DNA from: Eledone cirrhosa
Lineage: Eukaryota
DNA length: 64,000 nt
Assembly (NCBI GenBank): GCA_964016885.1
Contig: OZ024742.1
Coordinates: 232,810,001 to 232,874,000 of the forward strand
Direction: 5' to 3'
Below, piece after piece: positions 15,837 through 31,052 of the stretch; the first letter of the stretch is position 1, and each line of letters opens with the position of its first letter. Made by a program: the position numbers and the translations under genes. Under the pieces are notes generated by a model. It ran no database searches and was not told the DNA's origin. It saw only the letters and a list, made by a program, of their open reading frames with translations.

Positions 15837-18644
15837 CCAGTCAGTGACAGTACACTAATAGATAACAGTCATTACACCAGTCAGTGACAGTACACAAATA
15901 CATAACAGTCATTACATCAGTCAGTGACAGTACACCAATACATAACAGTCATTACATCAGTCAGTGACAGTACACCAATACATCACAGTCATTACACCAG
16001 TGACAGTACACCAATACATAACAGTCATTACACCAGTCAGTGACAGTACACAAATACATAACAGTCATTACATCAGTCAGTGACAGTACACCAATACATA
16101 ACAGTCATTACACCAGTGACAGTACACCAATACATAACAGTCATTACACCAGTCAGTGACAGTACACTAATAGATAACAGTCATTACACCAGTCAGAGAC
16201 AGTACACGAGTATATAACAGTCATTACACCAGTGACAGTACACCAATACATAACAGTCATTACATCAGTCATTGAGAGTACACCAATACATAACAGTCAT
16301 TACACCAATGACAGTACACCAATACATAACAGTCATTACACCAGTCAGTGACAGTACACTAATACATAACAGTCATTACATCAGTCAGTGACAGTACACC
16401 AATACATAACAGTCTTTACACCAGTCAGTGAGAGTACACCAATATATAACAGTCATTACACCAGTGACAGTACACCAATACATAACAGTCATTACATCAG
16501 TCAGTGAGAGTACACCAATACATCACAGTCATTACACCAGTGACAATACACCAATACATAACAGTCATTACAGCAGCCAGTGTCAGTACACCAATACATA
16601 ACAGTCATTACATCAGTAAGTGACAGTACACCAATACATAACAGTCATTACATCAGTAAGTGACAGTACACCAATACATAACAGTCATTACATCAGTCAG
16701 TGACAGTACACCAATATATAACAGTCATTACATCAGTAAGTGACAGTACACCAATACATAACAGTCATTACATCAGTAAGTGACAGTACACCAATACATA
16801 ACAGTCATTACATCAGTAAGTGACAGTACACCAATACATAACAGTCATTACACCAGTCAGTGACAGTACACCAATACATAACAGTCATTACACCAGTCAG
16901 TGACAGTACACCAATACATAACAGTCATTACATCAGTCAGTGACAGTACACCAATACATCACAGTCATTACACCAGTGACAGTACACCAATACTTAACAG
17001 TCATTACACCAGTCAGTGACAGTACACCAATACATAACAGTCATTACATCAGTCAGTGAAAGTACACCAATACATAACAGTCCTTACACCAGTGACAGTA
17101 CACCAATACATAACAGTCATTACACCAGTGACAGTACACCAATACATAACAGTCATTACACCAGTCAGTGACAGTACACCAATACATAACAGTCATTACA
17201 CCAGTCAGTGACAGTACACCAATACATAACAGTCATTACACCAGTCAGTGAGAGTACACTAATACATAACAGTCCTTACACCAGTGACAGTACACCAATA
17301 CATAACAGTCATTACACCAGTCAGTGACAGTACACCAATACATAACAGTCATTACACCAGTGACAGTACACCAATACATAACAGTCATTACACCAGTCAG
17401 TGACAGTACACCAATACATAACAGTCATTACACCAGTCAGTGACAGTACACTAATAGATAACAGTCATTACACCAGTCAGTGACAGTACACAAATACATA
17501 ACAGTCATTACATCAGTCAGTGACAGTACACCAATACATAACAGTCATTACATCAGTCAGTGACAGTACACCAATACATCACAGTCATTACACCAGTGAC
17601 AGTACACCAATACATAACAGTCATTACACCAGTCAGTGACAGTACACAAATACATAACAGTCATTACATCAGTCAGTGACAGTACACCAATACATAACAG
17701 TCATTACACCAGTGACAGTACACCAATACATAACAGTCATTACACCAGTCAGTGACAGTACACTAATAGATAACAGTCATTACACCAGTCAGAGACAGTA
17801 CACGAGTATATAACAGTCATTACACCAGTGACAGTACACCAATACATAACAGTCATTACATCAGTCATTGAGAGTACACCAATACATAACAGTCATTACA
17901 CCAATGACAGTACACCAATACATAACAGTCATTACACCAGTCAGTGACAGTACACTAATACATAACAGTCATTACATCAGTCAGTGACAGTACACCAATA
18001 CATAACAGTCTTTACACCAGTCAGTGAGAGTACACCAATATATAACAGTCATTACACCAGTGACAGTACACCAATACATAACAGTCATTACATCAGTCAG
18101 TGAGAGTACACCAATACATCACAGTCATTACACCAGTGACAATACACCAATACATAACAGTCATTACAGCAGCCAGTGTCAGTACACCAATACATAACAG
18201 TCATTACATCAGTAAGTGACAGTACACCAATACATAACAGTCATTACATCAGTAAGTGACAGTACACCAATACATAACAGTCATTACATCAGTCAGTGAC
18301 AGTACACCAATATATAACAGTCATTACATCAGTAAGTGACAGTACACCAATACATAACAGTCATTACATCAGTAAGTGACAGTACACCAATACATAACAG
18401 TCATTACATCAGTAAGTGACAGTACACCAATACATAACAGTCATTACACCAGTCAGTGACAGTACACCAATACATAACAGTCATTACACCAGTCAGTGAC
18501 AGTACACCAATACATAACAGTCATTACATCAGTCAGTGACAGTACACCAATACATCACAGTCATTACACCAGTGACAGTACACCAATACTTAACAGTCAT
18601 TACACCAGTCAGTGACAGTACACCAATACATAACAGTCATTACA
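15401..18644. repeat. Tandem block duplication, period 1596 bp (2 copies), overlapping the end of the 2423-bp duplication
   Basis: TGAAAG at 15461/17057 and AGTCAGAGACAGTACACGAG at 16191/17787. The CAGTAAGT cluster is also repeated. Confidence 0.92.
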
Positions 18645-19181
18645 CCAGTCAGTGACAGTACACCAATACATAACAGTCATTACATCAGTCAGTGACAGTA
18701 AACCAATACATAACAGTCATTACACCAGTGACAGTACACCAATACATAACAGTCATTACACCAGTCAGTGAGAGTACACCAATACATAACAGTCATTACA
18801 CCAGTGACAGTACACCAACACATAACAGTCATGACACCAGTCAGTGACAGTACACCAGTATATAACAGTCATTACACCAGTGACAGTACACCAATACATA
18901 ACAGTCATTACATCAGTCAGTGAGAGTACACCAATACATAACAGTCATTACACCAGTGACAGTACACCAATACATAACAGTCATTACATTAGTCCGTGAC
19001 AGTACACCAATACATAACAGTCATTACATCAGTCAGTGACAGTACACCAATACATAACAGTCATTACACCAGTCAGTGACAGTACACAAAAACATAACAG
19101 TCATTACATCAGTCAGTGACAGTACACCAATACATAACAGTCATTACATCAGTCAGTGAGAGTACACCAATACATAACAGT

Positions 19182-22048
19182 CATTACATCAGTCAGTGAC
19201 AGTACACCAATACATAACAGTCATTACATCAGTCAGTGACAGTACACCAATACATCACAGTCATTACACCAGTGACAGTACACCAATACTTAACAGTCAT
19301 TACACCAGTCAGTGACAGTACACCAATACATAACAGTCATTACACCAGTCAGTGACAGTACACCAATACATAACAGTCATTACATCAGTCAGTGACAGTA
19401 CACCAATACATAACAGTCATTACACCAGTGACAGTACACCAATACATAACAGTCATTACACCAGTCAGTGACAGTACACCAATACATAACAGTCATTACA
19501 CCAGTGACAGTACACCAATACATAACAGTCATTACACCAGTCAGTGAGAGTACACCAATACATAACAGTCATTACACCAGTGACAGTACACCAATACATA
19601 ACAGTCATTACACCAGTCATTGAGAGTACACCAATATATAACAGTCATTACACCAGTCAGTGACAGTACACCAACACATAACAGTCATTACATCAGTCAG
19701 TGACAGTACACCAATACATAACAGTCATTACACCAGTCAGTGACAGTACACCAATACATAACAGTCATTACATCAGTCAGTGACAGTACACCAATACATA
19801 ACAGTCATTACATCAGTCAGTGACAGTACACCAATACATAACAGTCATTACATCAGTCAGTGACAGTACACCAATACATAACAGTCATTACACCAGTGAC
19901 AGTACACCAATACATAACAGTCATTACACCAGTCAGTGACAGTACACCAATACATAACAGTCATTACACCAGTGACAGTAAACCAATACATAACAGTCAT
20001 TACATCAGTCAGTGACAGTACACCAATACATAACAGTCATTACATCAGAAGTGACAGTACACCAATACATAACAGTCATTACACCAGTCAGTGACAGTAC
20101 ACCAATATATAACAGTCATTACACCAGTCAGTGACAGTACACCAACACATAACAGTCATTACATCAGTCAGTGACAGTACACCAATACATAACAGTCATT
20201 ACACCAGTGACAGTACACCAATACATAACAGTCATTACACCAGTCAGTGACAGTACACCAATACATAACAGTCATTACACCAGTGACAGTAAACCAATAC
20301 ATAACAGTCATTACATCAGTCAGTGAGAGTACACCAATACATAACAGTCATTACACCAGTGACAGTACACCAATACATAACAGTCATTACACCAGTCAGT
20401 GACAGTACACCAATACATAACAGTCATTACACCAGTCAGTGACAGTACACCAATACATAACAGTCATTACACCAGTCAGTGACAGTACACCAATACATAA
20501 CAGTCATTACACCAGTCAGTGACAGTACACCAATACATAACAGTCATTACACCAGTCAGTGACAGTACACCAATACATAACAGTCATTACACCAGTCAGT
20601 GAGAGTACGCCAATACATAACAGTCATTACACCAGTGACAGTACACCAATACATAACAGTCATTACACCAGTCAGTGACAGTACACCAATACATAACAGT
20701 CATTACACCAGTGACAGTAAACCAATACATAACAGTCATTACATCAGTCAGTGAGAGTACACCAATACATAACAGTCATTACACCAGTGACAGTACACCA
20801 ATACATAACAGTCATTACACCAGTCAGTGACAGTACACCAATACATAACAGTCATTACACCAGTCAGTGACAGTACACCAATACATAACAGTCATTACAC
20901 CAGTCAGTGACAGTACACCAATACATAACAGTCATTACACCAGTCAGTGACAGTACACCAATACATAACAGTCATTACATCAGTCAGTGACAGTACACCA
21001 ATACATAACAGTCTTTACACCAGTCAGTGACAGTACACCAATACATAACAGTCATTACACCAGTCAGTGAGAGTACGCCAATACATAACAGTCATTACAC
21101 CAGTGACAGTACACCAATACATAACAGTCATTACACCAGTCAGTGACAGTACACCAATACATAACAGTCATTACACCAGTCAGTGAGAGTACACCAATAC
21201 ATCACAGTCATTACACCAGTGACAGTACACCAATACATAACAGTCATTACACCAGTCAGTGACAGTACACCAATACATAACAGTCATTACATCAGTCAGT
21301 GACAGTACACCAATACATAACAGTCATTACACCAGTCAGTGACAGTACACCAATACATCACAGTCATTACACCAGTCAGTGACAGTACACTAATAGATAA
21401 CAGTCATTACACCAGTCAGTGACAGTACACAAATACATAACAGTCATTACACCAGTCAGTGACAGTACACTAATAGATAACAGTCATTACACCAGTCAGT
21501 GACAGTACACCAATACATCACAGTCATTACACCAGTCAGTGACAGTACACCAATACATAACAGTCATTACATCAGTCAGTGAGAGTACGCCAATACATAA
21601 CAGTCATTACACCAGTCAGTGACAGTACACCAATACATAACAGTCATTACATCAGTCAGTGAGAGTACGCCAATACATAACAGTCATTACACCAGTCAGT
21701 GACAGTACACCAATACATAACAGTCATTACATCAGTCAGTGAGAGTACACCAATACATCACAGTCATTACACCAGTCAGTGACAGTACACCAATACATAA
21801 CAGTCATTACATCAGTCAGTGAAAGTACACCAATACATAACAGTCCTTACACCAGTGACAGTACACCAATACATAACAGTCATTACACCAGTGACAGTAC
21901 ACCAATACATAACAGTCATTACACCAGTCAGTGACAGTACACCAATACATAACAGTCATTACACCAGTCAGTGACAGTACACCAATACATAACAGTCATT
22001 ACACCAGTCAGTGAGAGTACACTAATACATAACAGTCCTTACACCAGT
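19182..22048. repeat. Dispersed copy of ~10400-13266 (offset 8782)
   Basis: TACTTAAC at 10505/19287 and CATCAGAAG at 11261/20043. One difference was noticed (G11781 vs C20563). Confidence 0.88.
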
Positions 22049-22399
22049 CAGAGACAGTACACGAGTATATAACAGTCATTACGCCAGTGACAGTACACCA
22101 ATACATAACAGTCATTACATCAGTCAGTGAGAGTACACCAATACATAACAGTCATTACACCAGTGACAGTACACCAATACATAACAGTCATTACATTAGT
22201 CCGTGACAGTACACCAATACATAACAGTCATTACATCAGTCAGTGACAGTACACCAATACATAACAGTCATTACACCAGTCAGTGACAGTACACAAAAAC
22301 ATAACAGTCATTACATCAGTCAGTGACAGTACACCAATACATAACAGTCATTACATCAGTCAGTGACAGTACACCAATACATAACAGTCATTACATCAG

Positions 22400-24060
22400 T
22401 CAGTGACAGTACACAAATACATAACAGTCATTACATCAGTCAGTGACAGTACACCAATACATAACAGTCATTACATAAGTCAGTGACAGTACACCAATAC
22501 ATCACAGTCATTACACCAGTGACAGTACACCAATACATAACAGTCATTACACCAGTCAGTGACAGTACACAAATACATAACAGTCATTACATCAGTCAGT
22601 GACAGTACACCAATACATAACAGTCATTACACCAGTGACAGTACACCAATACATAACAGTCATTACACCAGTCAGTGACAGTACACTAATAGATAACAGT
22701 CATTACACCAGTCAGAGACAGTACACGAGTATATAACAGTCATTACACCAGTGACAGTACACCAATACATAACAGTCATTACATCAGTCATTGAGAGTAC
22801 ACCAATACATAACAGTCATTACACCAATGACAGTACACCAATACATAACAGTCATTACACCAGTCAGTGACAGTACACTAATACATAACAGTCATTACAT
22901 CAGTCAGTGACAGTACACCAATACATAACAGTCTTTACACCAGTCAGTGAGAGTACACCAATATATAACAGTCATTACACCAGTGAGAGTACACCAATAC
23001 ATCACAGTCATTACACCAGTGACAATACACCAATACATAACAGTCATTACAGCAGCCAGTGTCAGTACACCAATACATAACAGTCATTACATCAGTAAGT
23101 GACAGTACACCAATACATAACAGTCATTACATCAGTAAGTGACAGTACACCAATACATAACAGTCATTACATCAGTCAGTGACAGTACACCAATATATAA
23201 CAGTCATTACATCAGTAAGTGACAGTACACCAATACATAACAGTCATTACATCAGTAAGTGACAGTACACCAATACATAACAGTCATTACATCAGTAAGT
23301 GACAGTACACCAATACATAACAGTCATTACACCAGTCAGTGACAGTACACCAATACATAACAGTCATTACACCAGTCAGTGACAGTACACCAATACATAA
23401 CAGTCATTACATCAGTCAGTGACAGTACACCAATACATCACAGTCATTACACCAGTGACAGTACACCAATACTTAACAGTCATTACACCAGTCAGTGACA
23501 GTACACCAATACATAACAGTCATTACACCAGTCAGTGACAGTACACCAATACATAACAGTCATTACATCAGTCAGTGACAGTAAACCAATACATAACAGT
23601 CATTACACCAGTGACAGTACACCAATACATAACAGTCATTACACCAGTCAGTGAGAGTACACCAATACATAACAGTCATTACACCAGTGACAGTACACCA
23701 ACACATAACAGTCATGACACCAGTCAGTGACAGTACACCAGTATATAACAGTCATTACACCAGTGACAGTACACCAATACATAACAGTCATTACATCAGT
23801 CAGTGAGAGTACACCAATACATAACAGTCATTACACCAGTGACAGTACACCAATACATAACAGTCATTACATTAGTCCGTGACAGTACACCAATACATAA
23901 CAGTCATTACATCAGTCAGTGACAGTACACCAATACATAACAGTCATTACACCAGTCAGTGACAGTACACAAAAACATAACAGTCATTACATCAGTCAGT
24001 GACAGTACACCAATACATAACAGTCATTACATCAGTCAGTGAGAGTACACCAATACATAA
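22400..24060. repeat. Dispersed copy of ~17480-19180 with a one-monomer (40 bp) deletion near 22985
   Basis: AGTCAGAGAC at 17787/22710 (offset 4923), then ATGACACC at 18831/23714 (offset 4883). Confidence 0.85.
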
Positions 24061-24531
24061 CAGTCATTACATCAGTCAGTGAGAGTACACCAATACATAA
24101 CAGTCATTACATCAGTCAGTGAGAGTACACCAATACATAACAGTCCTTACACCAGTGACAGTACACCAATACATAACAGTCATTACACCAGTCAGTGACA
24201 GTACACCAATACATAACAGTCATTACACCAGCCAGTGGCAGTACACCAATACATAACAGTCATTACACCAGTGACAGTACACCAATACATAACAGTCATT
24301 ACACCAGTGACAGTACACCAATACATAACAGTCATTACACCAGTCAGTGACAGTACACCAATACATAACAGTCATTACATCAGTCAGTGACAGTACACCA
24401 ATATATAAGAGTCATTACACCAGTGACAGTACACCAATACATACCAGTCATTACATCAGTCAGTGAGAGTACACCAATACATAACAGTCATTACACCAGT
24501 CAGTGACAGTACACCAATACATAACAGTCAT

Positions 24532-27500
24532 TACATCAGTCAGTGAGAGTACACCAATACATAACAGTCATTACACCAGTCAGTGACAGTACACCAATAC
24601 ATAACAGTCATTACATCAGTCAGTGACAGTACACCAATATATAACAGTCATTACACCAGTGACAGTACACCAATACATAACAGTCATTACACCAGTCAGT
24701 GACAGTACACCAATACATAACAGTCATTACATCACTCAGTGACAGTACACCAATATATAACAGTCATTACACCAGTCAGTGAGAGTACACCAATACATAA
24801 CAGTCCTTACACCAGTGACAGTACACAAATACATAACAGTCATTACACCAGTGACAGTACACCAATACATAACAGTCATTACACCAGTGACAGTACACCA
24901 ATACATAACAGTCATTACACCAGTGACAGTACACCAATACATAACAGTCATTACATCAGTCAGTGAGAGTACACCAATACATAACAGTCCTTACACCAGT
25001 GACAGTACACCAATACATAACAGTCATTACACCAGTGACAGTACACCAATACATAACAGTCATTACACCAGTGACAGTACACCAATACATAACAGTCATT
25101 ACACCAGTGACAGTACACCAATACATAACAATCATTACACCAGTCAGTGACAGTACACCAATACATAACAGTCATTACATCAGTCAGTGACAGTACACCA
25201 ATACATAACAGTCATTACACCAGTCAGTGACAGTACACCAATACATAACAGTCATTACATCAGTCAGTGACAGTACACCAATATATAACAGTCATTACAC
25301 CAGTGACAGTACACCAATACATAACAATCATTACACCAGTCAGTGACAGTACACCAATACATAACAGTCATTACATCAGTCAGTGACAGTACACCAATAC
25401 ATAACAGTCATTACACCAGTCAGTGACAGTACACCATAACATAACAGTCATTACACCAGTCAGTGACAGTACACCAATGCATAACAGTCATTACATCAGT
25501 CAGTGAGAGTACACAAATACATAACAGTCATTACACCAGTGACAGTACACCAATACATAACAGTCATTACACCAGTGACAGTACACCAATACATAACAGT
25601 CATTACATCAGTCAGTGACAGTACGCCAATACATAACAGTCATTACATCAGTCAGTGAGAGTACACCAATACATAACAGTCATTACATCAGTCAGTGACA
25701 GTACACCAATACATAACAGTCATTACACCAGTCAATGACAGTACACCATAACATAACAGTCATTACACCAGTCAGTGAGAGTACACCAATACATAACAGT
25801 CATTACATCAGTCAGTGAGAGTACACCAATACATAACAGTCATTACATCAGTCAGTGACAGTACACCAATACATAACAGTCATTACACCAGTCAATGACA
25901 GTACACCATAACATAACAGTCACTACACCAGTCAGTGACAGTACACCAATACATAACAGTCATTACATCAGTCAGTGAGAGTACACCAATACATAACAGT
26001 CATTACATCAGTCAGTGACAGTACACCAATACATAACAGTCATTACACCAGTCAATGACAGTACACCATAACATAACAGTCATTACACCAGTCAGTGAGA
26101 GTACACCAATACATAACAGTCATTACATCAGTCAGTAAGAGTACACCAATACATAACAGTCATTACATCAGTCAGTGACAGTACACCAATACATAACAGT
26201 CATTACACCAGTCAATGACAGTACACCATAACATAACAGTCATTACACCAGTCAGTGACAGTACGCCAATACATAACAGTCATTACATCAGTCAGTGAGA
26301 GTACACCAATACATAACAGTCATTACATCAGTCAGTGACAGTACACCAATACATAACAGTCAGTACACCAATACATAACAGTCATTACACCAGTCAATGA
26401 CAGTACACCATAACATAACAGTCATTACACCAGTCAGTGACAGTACACCAATACATAACAGTCATTACATCAGTCAGTGAGAGTACACCAATACATAACA
26501 GTCATTACACCAGTGACAGTACACCAATACATAACAGCCATTACATCAGTCAGTGACAGTACACCAATACATAACAGTCATTACATCAGTTAGTGAGAGT
26601 ACACCAATACATAACAGTCATTACACCAGTGACAGTACACCAATACATAACAGCCATTACATCAGTCAGTGACAGTACACCAAAACATAACAGTCATTAC
26701 ATCAGTAAGTGAGAGTACACCAATACATAACAGTCATTACATCAGTCAGTGAGAGTACACCAATACATAACAGTCATTACATCAGTTAGTGAGAGTACAC
26801 CAATACATAACAGTCATTACATCAGTCAGTGAGAGTACACCAATACATAACAGTCATTACATCAGTAAGTGACAGTACACCAATACATAACAGTCATTAC
26901 ACCAGTCAGTGAGAGTACACCAATACATAACAGTCATTACACCAGTGACAGTACACCAATACATAACAGTCATTACACCAGTCAGTGACAGTACACCAAT
27001 ACATAACAGTCATTACATCAGTCAGTGACAGTACACCAATATATAACAGTCATTACACCAGTGACAGTACACCAATACATACCAGTCATTACATCAGTCA
27101 GTGAGAGTACACCAATAAATAACAGTCATTACACCAGTGACAGTACACCAATACATAACAGTCATTACACCAGTGACAGTACACCAATACATAACAGTCA
27201 TTACATCAGTCAGTGACAGTACGCCAATACATAACAGTCATTACATCAGTCAGTGAGAGTACACCAATACATAACAGTCATTACATCAGTCAGTGACAGT
27301 ACACCAATACATAACAGTCATTACACCAGTCAGTGACAGTACACATAACAGTCATTACACCAGTCAGTGACAGTACACCAATACATAACAATCATTACAT
27401 CAGTCAGTGAGAGTACACCAATACATAACAGTCATTACACCAGTGACAGTACACCAATACATAACAGTCATTACACCAGTCAGTGACAGTACACCAATAC

Positions 27501-30500
27501 ATAACAGCCATTACATCAGTCAGTGACAGTACACCAATACATAACAGCCATTACATCAGTCAGTGACAGTACACCAATACATAACAGTCATTACATCAGT
27601 TAGTGAGAGTACACCAATACATAACAGTCATTACACCAGTGACAGTACACCAATACATAACAGCCATTACATCAGTCAGTGACAGTACACCAAATCATAA
27701 CAGTCATTACATCAGTAAGTGAGAGTACACCAATACATAACAGTCATTACATCAGTCAGTGAGAGTACACCAATACATAACAGTCAATACATCAGTCAGT
27801 GAGAGTACACCAATACATAACAGTCATTACACCAGTCAGTGACAGTACACCAATACATAACAGTCATTACATCAGTCAGTGACAGTACACCAATATATAA
27901 CAGTCATTACACCAGTGACAGTACACCAATACATAACAGTCATTACACCAGTCAGTGACAGTACACCAATACATAACAGTCATTACATCACTCAGTGACA
28001 GTACACCAATATATAACAGTCATTACACCAGTCAGTGAGAGTACACCAATACATAACAGTCCTTACACCAGTGACAGTACACAAATACATAACAGTCATT
28101 ACACCAGTGACAGTACACCAATACATAACAGTCATTACACCAGTGACAGTACACCAATACATAACAGTCATTACACCAGTGACAGTACACCAATACATAA
28201 CAGTCATTACATCAGTCAGTGAGAGTACACCAATACATAACAGTCCTTACACCAGTGACAGTACACCAATACATAACAGTCATTACACCAGTGACAGTAC
28301 ACCAATACATAACAGTCATTACACCAGTGACAGTACACCAATACATAACAGTCATTACACCAGTGACAGTACACCAATACATAACAATCATTACACCAGT
28401 CAGTGACAGTACACCAATACATAACAGTCATTACATCAGTCAGTGACAGTACACCAATACATAACAGTCATTACACCAGTCAGTGACAGTACACCAATAC
28501 ATAACAGTCATTACATCAGTCAGTGACAGTACACCAATATATAACAGTCATTACACCAGTGACAGTACACCAATACATAACAATCATTACACCAGTCAGT
28601 GACAGTACACCAATACATAACAGTCATTACATCAGTCAGTGACAGTACACCAATACATAACAGTCATTACACCAGTCAGTGACAGTACACCATAACATAA
28701 CAGTCATTACACCAGTCAGTGACAGTACACCAATGCATAACAGTCATTACATCAGTCAGTGAGAGTACACAAATACATAACAGTCATTACACCAGTGACA
28801 GTACACCAATACATAACAGTCATTACACCAGTGACAGTACACCAATACATAACAGTCATTACATCAGTCAGTGACAGTACGCCAATACATAACAGTCATT
28901 ACATCAGTCAGTGAGAGTACACCAATACATAACAGTCATTACATCAGTCAGTGACAGTACACCAATACATAACAGTCATTACACCAGTCAATGACAGTAC
29001 ACCATAACATAACAGTCATTACACCAGTCAGTGAGAGTACACCAATACATAACAGTCATTACATCAGTCAGTGAGAGTACACCAATACATAACAGTCATT
29101 ACATCAGTCAGTGACAGTACACCAATACATAACAGTCATTACACCAGTCAATGACAGTACACCATAACATAACAGTCACTACACCAGTCAGTGACAGTAC
29201 ACCAATACATAACAGTCATTACATCAGTCAGTGAGAGTACACCAATACATAACAGTCATTACATCAGTCAGTGACAGTACACCAATACATAACAGTCATT
29301 ACACCAGTCAATGACAGTACACCATAACATAACAGTCATTACACCAGTCAGTGAGAGTACACCAATACATAACAGTCATTACATCAGTCAGTAAGAGTAC
29401 ACCAATACATAACAGTCATTACATCAGTCAGTGACAGTACACCAATACATAACAGTCATTACACCAGTCAATGACAGTACACCATAACATAACAGTCATT
29501 ACACCAGTCAGTGACAGTACGCCAATACATAACAGTCATTACATCAGTCAGTGAGAGTACACCAATACATAACAGTCATTACATCAGTCAGTGACAGTAC
29601 ACCAATACATAACAGTCAGTACACCAATACATAACAGTCATTACACCAGTCAATGACAGTACACCATAACATAACAGTCATTACACCAGTCAGTGACAGT
29701 ACACCAATACATAACAGTCATTACATCAGTCAGTGAGAGTACACCAATACATAACAGTCATTACACCAGTGACAGTACACCAATACATAACAGCCATTAC
29801 ATCAGTCAGTGACAGTACACCAATACATAACAGTCATTACATCAGTTAGTGAGAGTACACCAATACATAACAGTCATTACACCAGTGACAGTACACCAAT
29901 ACATAACAGCCATTACATCAGTCAGTGACAGTACACCAAAACATAACAGTCATTACATCAGTAAGTGAGAGTACACCAATACATAACAGTCATTACATCA
30001 GTCAGTGAGAGTACACCAATACATAACAGTCATTACATCAGTTAGTGAGAGTACACCAATACATAACAGTCATTACATCAGTCAGTGAGAGTACACCAAT
30101 ACATAACAGTCATTACATCAGTAAGTGACAGTACACCAATACATAACAGTCATTACACCAGTCAGTGAGAGTACACCAATACATAACAGTCATTACACCA
30201 GTGACAGTACACCAATACATAACAGTCATTACACCAGTCAGTGACAGTACACCAATACATAACAGTCATTACATCAGTCAGTGACAGTACACCAATATAT
30301 AACAGTCATTACACCAGTGACAGTACACCAATACATACCAGTCATTACATCAGTCAGTGAGAGTACACCAATACATAACAGTCATTACACCAGTGACAGT
30401 ACACCAATACATAACAGTCATTACACCAGTGACAGTACACCAATACATAACAGTCATTACATCAGTCAGTGACAGTACGCCAATACATAACAGTCATTAC

Positions 30501-31052
30501 ATCAGTCAGTGAGAGTACACCAATACATAACAGTCATTACATCAGTCAGTGACAGTACACCAATACATAACAGTCATTACACCAGTCAGTGACAGTACAC
30601 ATAACAGTCATTACACCAGTCAGTGACAGTACACCAATACATAACAATCATTACATCAGTCAGTGAGAGTACACCAATACATAACAGTCATTACACCAGT
30701 GACAGTACACCAATACATAACAGTCATTACACCAGTCAGTGACAGTACACCAATACATAACAGCCATTACATCAGTCAGTGACAGTACACCAATACATAA
30801 CAGCCATTACATCAGTCAGTGACAGTACACCAATACATAACAGTCATTACATCAGTTAGTGAGAGTACACCAATACATAACAGTCATTACACCAGTGACA
30901 GTACACCAATACATAACAGCCATTACATCAGTCAGTGACAGTACACCAAATCATAACAGTCATTACATCAGTAAGTGAGAGTACACCAATACATAACAGT
31001 CATTACATCAGTCAGTGAGAGTACACCAATACATAACAGTCAATACATCAGT
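24532..31052. repeat. Tandem block duplication, period 3256 bp (2 copies)
   Basis: ORF pairs 24736/27992, 24779/28035 and 27025/30281. Truncated monomers at 26361/29617 and 27341/30597. One SNP was noticed (A27118 vs C30374). Confidence 0.95.
25610..26440. repeat. Local 160-bp (4-monomer) higher-order repeat, 5 marker units; also present at ~28870-29700 and ~38010-38840
   Basis: The double-variant monomer GTCAATGACAGTACACCATAAC occurs at 25731, 25891, 26051, 26211 and 26393. The last spacing is 160+22 bp. Confidence 0.92.

Noticed and set aside
24779-25150. Mucin-like or S/T/H-rich repetitive protein exon
   Set aside because: The frame is broken every few units by 4-bp indels, and the variants show no evident frame preservation.
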